Assembly (NCBI GenBank): GCA_029552745.1
Contig: JAKPDK010000070.1
Span: forward strand, 325,268 to 389,267
Direction: 5' to 3'
Source of the DNA: Candidatus Hydrogenedentota bacterium
GTDB lineage: Bacteria; Hydrogenedentota; Hydrogenedentia; Hydrogenedentales; SLHB01
Length of the DNA: 64,000 nt
Positions 41,095 through 50,022 of this stretch are shown here, one piece after another. Numbering within the stretch: the stretch's first letter is position 1; each line of letters starts with the position of its first letter. Made by a program: the position numbers and the translations under genes. The notes under the pieces are model-generated. The model worked only from the letters and a program-made list of their open reading frames with translations. It was not told the origin of the DNA and ran no database searches.

Positions 41095-44000
41095 TCATTT
41101 CCACCAGATGACTTCTATGGGTTGTCCCTTTTCGTCTTTAATGTCCAGGGCAAACTGAAATTCGCCGGGGACCTTGGATACTTTTACCAAAAGAGCGTTT
41201 CGCCCCGGGCGTATGGTGATGGGTTTTTGCAACGGTTTGAGTTGTTTGTGCGGCAGATGGCAGGTCTCCTTCACCTCAAGGATATTATTGAGCCAAACTT
41301 TCGTGGAGTCTTGGATTTTCAGATGGAGCACCGCCTGGATTTTCGTTCTTTCTGGGCTGGAAAATTCTGTATAAGCGTAGCCGACGCCGCGGTCGAAACG
41401 CGGATAATATTCAAAAACGGGGGTGAACGCTTGTTGCAAATTTACGAGGTGATCTTCTTGTGCCAGCGAGTACCAGCGGCGCCATCCAATTGGTTTATAC
41501 CATCCCGTGTAAGTAGCGGAAAAATCGATTTCGGTTTCAGGCGGATAGGATGTGTCATGTCCCGATTCTCCCCAATTGGCAAACATGCCGCAAACCATCC
41601 ACCTTCGTACATTTGTCTGCTGCTCTTGTTTTAGCCATCTCAACACAGATGCATTTGGAACCACCTGTCCTTCAGAAGGAACAGCCCGCCGTGAAAAATG
41701 ATTCAACAGATTCACCAGCAACCGCGCGGCAACGGGGTCGGTTTTCAGATATTCAAAGACCCTTAAGTGCGTGAAGACGAGGCGTCCACTGCCGTATCGC
41801 CTTACCAAAATATCGCTGCCCCACCACGGGGCGTCCTGAATCATATAGTGTCCCGGCGCCATGGGATTGGTGTCGAATGTTCCACAGATATCTTCATCGC
41901 TTTTTTCGAGGAAAGTTCTCGCCGGTATCACGTTTCGATATGGTTGACGCATGAGACAACGATTCGGGAGTCCCTCAAAAACAGGATGGGTTTTTACGTA
42001 GTGGTACATCCCTAGAAAGGCGCCCACTGCATCCTTGCTGGTTGCCTTTATTTCAGCATCGACTTTCTCTGCGAGTTCGTTCCAATCCGCTGGAGGCTCA
42101 AAGAAAATTGCTACGGCACCATCGTGTACTTTTGCAAAGAGGTCAGCCATGGATTCTGCCGGATAGGCACGGACGGTATTGCTTAACGGTGGAACAACAA
42201 GAATGCCCGCATCATGAGCCTCATGGGGGGCAAGGTTACGAAAAGATTCAGACCACTCCTTATAGGGATCAATCAATGTGACGGGTTTTCCAAAAGGCTC
42301 GGGAGGTTGGCACACAAAGAACTCACGCGAGTCGGAGGCAAGGTTTTTTCTGCCCTTAAGTAATTGGACATTCAACGTGTGAACGCCTGGTGCTCCCGAG
42401 GCTGATACGCTACCCGACCAGATAACACGCCCGTTTTTGGGATTTTGCACGCGGCGCTTCTTTTTCCAGAGTACTTGGCCGGTTGGTCCTACTACTTGAA
42501 GAGAGAGTTCACAGGGACCCATTAAAGCAACATCACTGATGAGATTGACGGAAACATGGGTTTCTTGACGAGGGGCGAGGTTTGTTTCTTCACATTGAAT
42601 TAGAAGGCGAATCGGGGTCTGTACTTGTGCCATGGTCGAGAATGCCGGTTTCGGTCTTCGCCAATGGTCAAGCACGCCCGCACCGACTTCGTGGCCCGCA
42701 TCGCAGAGCTGCGTATAACAGTAGCCCGCGAGTTTGGTGTTACTTCGGCATGCATCTATCTGGAAACGAATGGCATCGCATTGCACTTCTTGGCAAGCTG
42801 CTGCGAACGCGCTGAAACTTCCAAAAACTCGGTCTAATTCTCTTTCTCGAAAGCCTTCCATCATGGACTCGAGTTTTGCTTTAAGGAACCGGGCATCTTT
42901 GGCTTTGTTTTTGTGTTCCTTGTATAGTTTGATGACCTCCGGGAGGTCCTCGATACCCCCAAAACCGAATTCGGAAAGAAAATAAAGATTGTTCGGATCT
43001 CCGTTGTATTTATAGTAATTCTCGATTTCGGTATCAACGGGTGCCCGTTGATAAATGTGAAGGTCTTCGTATTGTTCGAGGGTATTTTTGTACGGACGAA
43101 TCAAACGCGAAGGTTCGCGAGTAGCATTCATGCCTCCAGAATCATCAATGATTATTCGCGTAGGGTCGAGGCTTCGTGCAAGGTGGCATAGATCGTCCTT
43201 GATGGTTTGAGCGCCTCCGTTTACCACATATCCTGCATTTCCGGACTCGTTCAATATTCCCCAAATGACCACGGATGGATGGTTGCGATCTCGTAGAATC
43301 ATCTCACGCACTTCCCGTTCGCAACGTTCTCGCATATACGGGGAGGTTTGGATCCAGCCGATAGGTGGCTCCTCATAGACCATGAGGCCGATTTCATCAC
43401 AAAGATCGAGAGTTATCTTTGGAGCCGTTTTTATGTGAAGCCGAATCAGGTTAAACCCTGCTTTTTTCGCGGCTTCAATTTCTTGGCGTGCCATCTCCGG
43501 TGATATTGGGCTTGCGAGGGATAGGGGATAATCAGGCTGATGTAAAACACCCTTGACAAAAACAGGGCGATTATTCAGGTAAAAGCGGTTTTCTTTTACC
43601 GTGAATTCCCTCATACCAAACCGAACTTCCACATGATCTACAACTTCCTCGTTTTGCAAAGCGGAGCATTTCAAATAGTACAAGGTGGGGTTTTCGGGTG
43701 ACCAGAACTCACAATCAGGGAAAGGCAACGTCAGCTTACCTGGTTTGCCGTGCATGGATTGGGGCGTTCCTGCAATTTCGAGTCTTATGTCAACAGGACT
43801 ACTTGTGTCGACAAGGACATTGATCTTTTTCCGATGAATGTCAGGTTGAACAAACACATCTTGAATATGGGCGTCGTTTTTGCCCACAAGGCGCACGTCT
43901 CCCCAAAGTCCGGCAAAGGTGAAGTATCCGTGTTCTTTTGCGCAGGGGATCTGTTTAGGGATAAAGTGCTTATATCCTTGCGGTGCGTGTGGGTCGACGA

Positions 44001-44361
44001 TGCGGACGGCTAAAAGATTCTTGCCAATGTGGAGGGCGTGTGTCGCAGGGAGCGTGAAGGGGGTATAACCGCCCTCATGTTCCCCGAGTCGCTTGCCGTT
44101 TAACCATACCTCAGCATAGTAATCCGCTGCGTCAAACTGAATATCCCAAACATATCCTTCCTTTTCTGAAAAAAACTCAAACTCCTTGAAATACCATCCC
44201 ACACCGTCATAATCCGGGACCCAAATATCCCATACGCTGGGGACTTGAACGGACACTCCCTCCGGAAGACATTCTCCGGTTTGCCAATTTTTTGAGAGGC
44301 CTATATCGTCAGGGTCAAGCACCAGTTGCCAAGTGCCGTTTAAGGACAATATCGAACGCAC
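41095..44361 (-). CDS. glycoside hydrolase family 2, multidomain
   Basis: SLNGTW, HEGGYTPF, WSPENPTLY, FGMREF, RDRNHPSVVIWGILNE (acid/base), SEFG (nucleophile). Confidence 0.92.
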   Translation of the reverse strand: MRSILSLNGTWQLVLDPDDIGLSKNWQTGECLPEGVSVQVPSVWDIWVPDYDGVGWYFKEFEFFSEKEGYVWDIQFDAADYYAEVWLNGKRLGEHEGGYTPFTLPATHALHIGKNLLAVRIVDPHAPQGYKHFIPKQIPCAKEHGYFTFAGLWGDVRLVGKNDAHIQDVFVQPDIHRKKINVLVDTSSPVDIRLEIAGTPQSMHGKPGKLTLPFPDCEFWSPENPTLYYLKCSALQNEEVVDHVEVRFGMREFTVKENRFYLNNRPVFVKGVLHQPDYPLSLASPISPEMARQEIEAAKKAGFNLIRLHIKTAPKITLDLCDEIGLMVYEEPPIGWIQTSPYMRERCEREVREMILRDRNHPSVVIWGILNESGNAGYVVNGGAQTIKDDLCHLARSLDPTRIIIDDSGGMNATREPSRLIRPYKNTLEQYEDLHIYQRAPVDTEIENYYKYNGDPNNLYFLSEFGFGGIEDLPEVIKLYKEHKNKAKDARFLKAKLESMMEGFRERELDRVFGSFSAFAAACQEVQCDAIRFQIDACRSNTKLAGYCYTQLCDAGHEVGAGVLDHWRRPKPAFSTMAQVQTPIRLLIQCEETNLAPRQETHVSVNLISDVALMGPCELSLQVVGPTGQVLWKKKRRVQNPKNGRVIWSGSVSASGAPGVHTLNVQLLKGRKNLASDSREFFVCQPPEPFGKPVTLIDPYKEWSESFRNLAPHEAHDAGILVVPPLSNTVRAYPAESMADLFAKVHDGAVAIFFEPPADWNELAEKVDAEIKATSKDAVGAFLGMYHYVKTHPVFEGLPNRCLMRQPYRNVIPARTFLEKSDEDICGTFDTNPMAPGHYMIQDAPWWGSDILVRRYGSGRLVFTHLRVFEYLKTDPVAARLLVNLLNHFSRRAVPSEGQVVPNASVLRWLKQEQQTNVRRWMVCGMFANWGESGHDTSYPPETEIDFSATYTGWYKPIGWRRWYSLAQEDHLVNLQQAFTPVFEYYPRFDRGVGYAYTEFSSPERTKIQAVLHLKIQDSTKVWLNNILEVKETCHLPHKQLKPLQKPITIRPGRNALLVKVSKVPGEFQFALDIKDEKGQPIEVIWWK

Positions 44362-44539
44362 AAAATCACCTTTCTAGTCATTCCTCACTGCACTTCTTCG
44401 ATGAGAGCTTAGAAGCGTCTGTTATTTCTGCATTGTGCACCACTGAAAGTTTACACAACCTGTTCACTAAATGGAATTTGGCAATCTCGTCAAGTGCAGA
44501 ATTATAATGGCGTAAACAAACGAATCGGAGAAACGGCCT

Positions 44540-45889
44540 ATGCGAAAACTTAAAGGATCGTATTTTTCGAGGATGCCGCAGAGAATAGGTAGGCGAGATT
44601 TTTTGAAGCGCACCACTCTCCTGAGTGTCAGCGCTTTTGGTATGGGAGGTTTGATTACTCGGTCTGCTTCAGCGCTAACAAAAGGTCGGGGGGCAAACGA
44701 TCGGTTGCTTCTTGGTTGCATTGGGACCGGCAGTATGGGCACTGGTAACTTGCGGGATTTTCTGCGCTTCGAACAGGTTCGAGTGGTGGCGGTTTGCGAC
44801 GTAGATAAAGTGCATCGTGAGAATGCCCAGAATCTCGTGAACGGGTATTACGAGGACAAGGATTGTAGGGGTTACAACGATTTTCGGGAAATGTTAGAAA
44901 AAGAAGACCTCGACCTTGTGTCAATTGCGTTGCCAGATCACTGGCATGCGATTCCAGCCATTTTGGCTGCTCAAAAAGGCCTCGACATTTACGCAGAAAA
45001 GCCTTTGGCGCTCACCATACCTCAGGGCAGGGCTATGGTCGATGCCGTCAACCGTCATGGAGTAATTTGGCAGACGGGTAGTTGGCAACGGTCACAGAAT
45101 AACTTCCTCAAAGCCAGTGAACTAGTCCGGAATGGACGAATCGGGATGATTACCCGGGTAGAGGTTGGATTGCCGACGGGACCTCGTTGTGAGCCCCAAC
45201 CTGTAATGCCCGTTCCAGAGGGATTCGACTACGATATGTGGTTAGGTCCTGCGCCGTTTGAGCCTTACACGGAGAAAAGATGTCATTGGAATTTCCGATG
45301 GATACTGGACTATTCCGGGGGACAACTGACCGATTGGGCTGCTCACCACTGTGACATTGCCAACTGGGGAATGGGTACGGAATATACAGGACCGGTCGAG
45401 GTTATCCCCTTGTTTGCGGACTTCCCTCGGGACGGGCTATGGAACGCCGCCGTTGATTATCATTTTGAATGCAAGTATCTGCCGGGAGCAAGCCCGGTTG
45501 CTCCCAAGGGGTTTGTCATGTCGGTTTCGAACAAGCATAGGGGAGGAGTTACGTTCTTTGGTGATGAAGGGCGGATATGGGTGGATCGGGGTGGTTTTGA
45601 GACAGTTCCGGCTTCTCTGAAAGACTCGGAGATTCTTGATAGCGAAATACATCTATACAAAAGCGAGGATCACAAAGGAAACTTTCTGGACTGTGTCCGC
45701 ACGCGCCAAGAGACTATCACGCCAATTGAGCCAGCACACCGCGCAATCACTATTGCCCATTTAGGAAACATCGCCATGCAATTGGGAAGGCCGGTACGTT
45801 GGGATCCACAGACTGAAAACATTTTGGACGACAGCGAAGCACAGCGGAAGCTCGATCGTTCCATGCGTGCTCCGTGGCGTCTTTATTAG
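44540..45889 (+). CDS. Tat-exported Gfo/Idh/MocA oxidoreductase
   Basis: RRDFLK Tat motif, IGTGSMG, PDHWH, EKPL, DMWLGPAP, DWAAHHCD. Confidence 0.93.
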   Translation: MRKLKGSYFSRMPQRIGRRDFLKRTTLLSVSAFGMGGLITRSASALTKGRGANDRLLLGCIGTGSMGTGNLRDFLRFEQVRVVAVCDVDKVHRENAQNLVNGYYEDKDCRGYNDFREMLEKEDLDLVSIALPDHWHAIPAILAAQKGLDIYAEKPLALTIPQGRAMVDAVNRHGVIWQTGSWQRSQNNFLKASELVRNGRIGMITRVEVGLPTGPRCEPQPVMPVPEGFDYDMWLGPAPFEPYTEKRCHWNFRWILDYSGGQLTDWAAHHCDIANWGMGTEYTGPVEVIPLFADFPRDGLWNAAVDYHFECKYLPGASPVAPKGFVMSVSNKHRGGVTFFGDEGRIWVDRGGFETVPASLKDSEILDSEIHLYKSEDHKGNFLDCVRTRQETITPIEPAHRAITIAHLGNIAMQLGRPVRWDPQTENILDDSEAQRKLDRSMRAPWRLY

Positions 45890-45910
45890 AAGGGGAAAGG
45901 AGTAATTCTC

Positions 45911-46903
45911 ATGCCGAAAACAGCTGGGTTTTCCATGTTAGTTTTTATCATCGGCGGAATTCTATGTGCTTATTCCTTTGCAGCAGCTGAGACTATTTCA
46001 CCCGATTTGTCTTGTATTGAAAAAATACGGCAGTGCAAATTTGGCGAAACCCGCGAACCATTCACCGCAGTCGAAGATCTTGTGCGAGACTCTCTGAAAG
46101 ACAAAGAGAGGAAGGCTTTCGTCGCTTCCAAGCTAGCGGAACTTTTAGTTTCTGACTCCAGCCCGGAATGCAAATTGTTTGTCTGTAGACAATTGGCTGT
46201 GATCGGTGGAGTTCCGGAAGTGCCGGCGCTCTCAAGTTTGCTGAAAGAGCCAAATACAGCGGACATGGCGCGATATGCCTTGGAGCGAATTCCTGGCAAA
46301 GAAGTGGATATTGCCCTATTGAAGGAAATGGAAACTGCCTCAGGCGATGTCCAATTAGGGATTGTCCATTCACTTGGCAATAGAAAATCTGCGATTGCTG
46401 TCTCTAGTTTAAGACGGTTGGCCGAAAAAGGGGATGACAACCAGAAAGCCGCAGCGGTCAGCGCACTGGGAACTATCGGGAACTCTGCGGCGGCCAGAGC
46501 CTTAAGCGCTCTTGAAAGACGGTGTTCCGCTGAACAGAGAGAGCCAATTTATCGCGCGCAACTGCGATGTGCAGACAACCTAGCGGCAGAGAGAAAAACA
46601 CGGGCGGCCTTGAACCTTTACCGGCGCATTTTCCGAGAAACGAGCCTTGCACCCACCAAGGCAATGGCATTCTGTGGCATGGCGCGATTGTCGTCTTATC
46701 CTCGAAATGTAAAACTGATTCTCCAAGCGCTAGATTCTGAAGACCCCTACTTGATTACGTCAGGGCGTCGCGTCGTGCACGAACTGAGTGGCAAGAAGGA
46801 ACTCAGTAGGCTTGCCAATGAACTGCCTAAACTGCACGGGCAAGGGCGGGAGTGTCTAAAAAGCGCACTTTTAGCAAAAGGTATTTCCGTAACTTCAGAG
46901 TGA
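45911..46903 (+). CDS. exported HEAT-repeat protein
   Basis: Signal peptide, VCRQLAVIG, VPALSSLL, ARYALERIPG, AVSALGTIG. Confidence 0.85.
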   Translation: MPKTAGFSMLVFIIGGILCAYSFAAAETISPDLSCIEKIRQCKFGETREPFTAVEDLVRDSLKDKERKAFVASKLAELLVSDSSPECKLFVCRQLAVIGGVPEVPALSSLLKEPNTADMARYALERIPGKEVDIALLKEMETASGDVQLGIVHSLGNRKSAIAVSSLRRLAEKGDDNQKAAAVSALGTIGNSAAARALSALERRCSAEQREPIYRAQLRCADNLAAERKTRAALNLYRRIFRETSLAPTKAMAFCGMARLSSYPRNVKLILQALDSEDPYLITSGRRVVHELSGKKELSRLANELPKLHGQGRECLKSALLAKGISVTSE

Positions 46904-46939
46904 TCCTGTTGCTTTTCCACTGTCGCAAAGTAGATTTTT

Positions 46940-47806
46940 TCAGGAGTAGGTTTTGTCGATGACTTCCTGTAAGAACCTTACGGCTTTGCGAATGTCTTTC
47001 GCTTGTTGGGGTCCGCTGATTTCTCTTTCAATAATGACATCCCCCAAAAAGCGTAGTTTTTTGAGTTTTGCAAATAAAGCTACCCAATCGACCTTACCTT
47101 TTCCTATGGGCGCTTCTTTTGCCAGTTCGGGACGGCCACTGGTGGGATAGAACCCATCCTTAGCATGAAGGTTTTTCACATATTTGCCAAATACGTCCAA
47201 CGAATCTACGGGATTTGCCTTGCCGTAAAGAATGCAGTTTGCTGTATCTAGGTTGATTCCTAGATTATTCAAGCCAATGTCTTCAATAGTCCGGAGCAAC
47301 GTTATGGGCGTCTCCTGGCCGGTTTCGAACCAAAAGTCCACGCCCACATTGAGACAAGTTTCGGCAATTTTTCGTAATGCCTCAATGGTGGGCGCGTAGA
47401 GCCTGTCAGAAGGTGTCTCGGGGATGAAACCCGCGTGGGTGATAATGGCGGGAGCCCCGACCATCGCGGCAAATTCTGCCGCACGTTGAAGTTCTTTAAC
47501 GCGTGTCTTGCGGTATTTGGGAGGAACCAGCCCTAACGTGGTTGGACCTTCCAAAAAGTTCCACACCTTTGGGCCGCTGTATCCCGCCCAAACGGCGGCT
47601 ATCCGGACACCAGAATCGCACGAGAGCTGTTTAATTTCTTCTGCACGCTTTTTTGTCCAGACGTTGGGGTCCCAGTTGCATAAGTGGCACGTGAAGAGTC
47701 CGAACTGTGCAACATGGGTAAACGGGTCGTTATCGGCGGTAAGCGAGGTGATAACACCCAGTTCCGGTTTTCGTATTCGCTTGTTCTCCTGTCCCATAGT
47801 AAACAT
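46940..47806 (-). CDS. sugar phosphate isomerase/epimerase (xylose isomerase-like TIM barrel)
   Basis: HAGFIP, FETGQE, NLDTAN, HAKDG, IERE. Confidence 0.88.
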   Translation of the reverse strand: MFTMGQENKRIRKPELGVITSLTADNDPFTHVAQFGLFTCHLCNWDPNVWTKKRAEEIKQLSCDSGVRIAAVWAGYSGPKVWNFLEGPTTLGLVPPKYRKTRVKELQRAAEFAAMVGAPAIITHAGFIPETPSDRLYAPTIEALRKIAETCLNVGVDFWFETGQETPITLLRTIEDIGLNNLGINLDTANCILYGKANPVDSLDVFGKYVKNLHAKDGFYPTSGRPELAKEAPIGKGKVDWVALFAKLKKLRFLGDVIIEREISGPQQAKDIRKAVRFLQEVIDKTYS

Positions 47807-47815
47807 TTACTCCTG

Positions 47816-49018
47816 TTACTCTTGGGCAACCTGTTCCATATGTTTTTCCCAATTGTCCTTGTAACTATAAAAGTTCATCCCGTTTGCCGTATTGGAAAAC
47901 ATAAGTCGTACTGTTTCCGGTAGTAACGGGTCTTCCAAATATAGAACAGGAAAGATATCGCGATTCTTGCCAACAAGAGATCTTGCTAAAATGACCTCGC
48001 GGGCTGCTGCTTCGGGAGGTATGCCATTTGCTCGGAGCGCCGATATGGTGCGGTCAGTCACAGGTCCCGTCATGCGAGTCCAAGACAGCATGATACTCGT
48101 CACAATGGACTCGATGCTTGTTCCTATAACACCGAGTTCATCGGGGATTGCTGTTATCTCCCATGTGAGGCAGCCCTCTCCAGGTCTATACGGCAATTTT
48201 CGGAAAAGGATTGGACAGAATACGTCCACAAAATCACTCCAATCAACATACGACTGACCGACAAGCGGAGCTAAAGAAGGGGTGTACGCATAGACGCCGA
48301 CTCGAAGACCCGCATGATGGACAATGTCAGCCAATGAACGAACGTGTTCTGTGATGCAATCTCTTCTAAACCGCAACCACTCCAAAAGACCTGGATGATC
48401 CATGAGCCATTCCACAATTCCTGCGGGTCCTTTGAACCACATTAACCCTCTACGTTCTCTTATCTGCTTTTTGCTCTTAAGGAGCTGGTAGATGAAACGG
48501 ACATCTTTACGTATTTGATTGAAATCATATCCCAGTTCTTTTGCTTTGTTTTCGCAATGTTCATCAAAGCATGTGAGAAAACCATTAAGCCCTGCGACAG
48601 GCGGAATGAAACGGCACCGGTCAAGAATGATTCCTTTGATTCCCGGAACCCCTGCGAGTTTTCTGACCTCGTCCCGGTTGCGTTCCGCGAGAATAGGGTT
48701 ATTCGGGCAGCCGCCGCCCAGCCATACCTGTTTTCTTCCCGTCACGTCCATGCACATTGTAGACTGCTCGTCCGCGATGTCGTTGACACGGAAACACGAA
48801 GAGAGAAGCCATATTTCAATTCCAGAAGGTCTTATTTTTTCAACGAGCCTCGGGTCAGACAGAACGACACCGGAAAAACCTTTGTTTTTTAGTTTTTCGA
48901 CAGTTTCACTGGTATTTTTCTCATCAATACCATGTATCCAAAAGCAAGGAGCATGGCTCTTGGGGCTTTTTTCACGTAATTGTCTAAAAGATTGCGGTAA
49001 CGATTTAGATTTAGTCAC
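47816..49018 (-). CDS. hypothetical protein, possible glycoside hydrolase-like (GHL10-type) TIM barrel
   Basis: 400-aa ORF; CPNNP, GIILDRCRF, EWLRFRRDCIT motifs. Confidence 0.65.
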   Translation of the reverse strand: MTKSKSLPQSFRQLREKSPKSHAPCFWIHGIDEKNTSETVEKLKNKGFSGVVLSDPRLVEKIRPSGIEIWLLSSCFRVNDIADEQSTMCMDVTGRKQVWLGGGCPNNPILAERNRDEVRKLAGVPGIKGIILDRCRFIPPVAGLNGFLTCFDEHCENKAKELGYDFNQIRKDVRFIYQLLKSKKQIRERRGLMWFKGPAGIVEWLMDHPGLLEWLRFRRDCITEHVRSLADIVHHAGLRVGVYAYTPSLAPLVGQSYVDWSDFVDVFCPILFRKLPYRPGEGCLTWEITAIPDELGVIGTSIESIVTSIMLSWTRMTGPVTDRTISALRANGIPPEAAAREVILARSLVGKNRDIFPVLYLEDPLLPETVRLMFSNTANGMNFYSYKDNWEKHMEQVAQE

Positions 49019-49092
49019 TTAGAACAATTCCCTTCAGCACCAAGGCAAGTATATATCAATCGGTACCGTCTGATGTCAATGACCTATATTCG

Positions 49093-49497
49093 TCCAGTAC
49101 CTCTGGCACTTTTTGTTATGTTGCTTGAGGAATGTAAGCAGGATTTGCCATGAAGGTTGTTGAAGAAAGACACCGACGCGTGGCACGCCGAAATCCGTTT
49201 TAACCACTTAAAAACTTTTTTGACTACTGGAATCTTTCGTTTTTCCGTAGGGCGTCCTATTGCGCCATTGCCCGAACCCTGTGCTCGCGAGGATTGCCGT
49301 CAGAAACGACGGGACAATTCCCTCGGGTATCAGGAGAGAAATCCGGAAGCGGGATAGGGCGCAACGCGTTGCTCCCCCTACAAAAGCAGAGGGGATTGCT
49401 CCGTCGCTTCAGTGCTTCGTCCCTCGCAAGGCCATCCGGCTGTATGAGCCCAGGTCTATCTCCTCGATGTACTGCCAAATGTTTGTGAACCCATGCA
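49093..49497. repeat. ~400-bp dispersed non-coding element, copy A
   Basis: Colinear with 61713-62105; hand alignment gives 36/48 (49277 vs 61897) and 35/44 (49454 vs 62062) ungapped identities. Confidence 0.85.
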
Positions 49498-49588
49498 TGT
49501 CCATGATTGCTTTTTCTGTTGATTTTAAAACGGCTCTGGCTTCGAAAAGGTATCTTCGCGATAGCCTTTTTGTGTTCCAAAATATTTC

Positions 49589-49617
49589 TTGACAAGATCG
49601 CTTTTTTTGTGCAAACT
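49589..49617 (+). promoter_or_regulatory. putative sigma70 promoter of the V-ATPase operon
   Basis: TTGACA (49589), 17 nt, CAAACT (49612). Confidence 0.55.
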
Positions 49618-49638
49618 ATTTTTGTTAAAAGTACTTCG

Positions 49639-49663
49639 CGAAGGGTAAAGCCCTTCGTTTTTG
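49639..49663 (+). terminator. terminator-like hairpin in the V-ATPase leader
   Basis: CGAAGGG-taaag-CCCTTCG followed by a T run. Confidence 0.55.
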
Positions 49664-49704
49664 TTGCCGAGAAAAGTTCTGTCGCACTAAAAAGGGACAT
49701 GGGC

Positions 49705-50016
49705 ATGAAGACGCTTGTCGATACCATCTTGTCGTTGGAATCAGAGGCGGACTCTCGATTGGCGGCGGCCCGCACCGAAGCAAAACAAATAGAGGATAAC
49801 GCCAAAGCCGAAGTCGAAAAGATCAAGAAACAGATTGCTAGCGAGACAGACCAAAGAGTCGCTCAGTTCCGTGAGAAAGCGGAACAAGAGTTTCAAAAGA
49901 CGGCGTCTCAAATTGAAGAAGAACACAAAAGTGCCTTGCAAGAAATCGAGCAAGTCCCTGCCGACAAAGTGGCTTCCTTGGCAGATTACGTAGTTCAATG
50001 CTTCCAAGATTGGTGA
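49705..50016 (+). CDS. V/A-type ATPase subunit H/G (peripheral stalk)
   Basis: Charged coiled coil (ILSLESEA...EAKQIEDNAK), first gene of the operon. Confidence 0.8.
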   Translation: MKTLVDTILSLESEADSRLAAARTEAKQIEDNAKAEVEKIKKQIASETDQRVAQFREKAEQEFQKTASQIEEEHKSALQEIEQVPADKVASLADYVVQCFQDW

Positions 50017-50022
50017 TAAGTC

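Noticed and set aside
49157..49357. Similar peptides in ORFs 49157-49357 and 61733-62041 (EIRFNHLK/EVRLSHLR; FSVGRPIA/FSVLRPIA) as a small protein family
   Set aside because: The shared ATG (49150/61772) is in frame only in copy B and hits a stop after 17 codons in copy A; indels are not multiples of three, so the similarity follows from the DNA repeat
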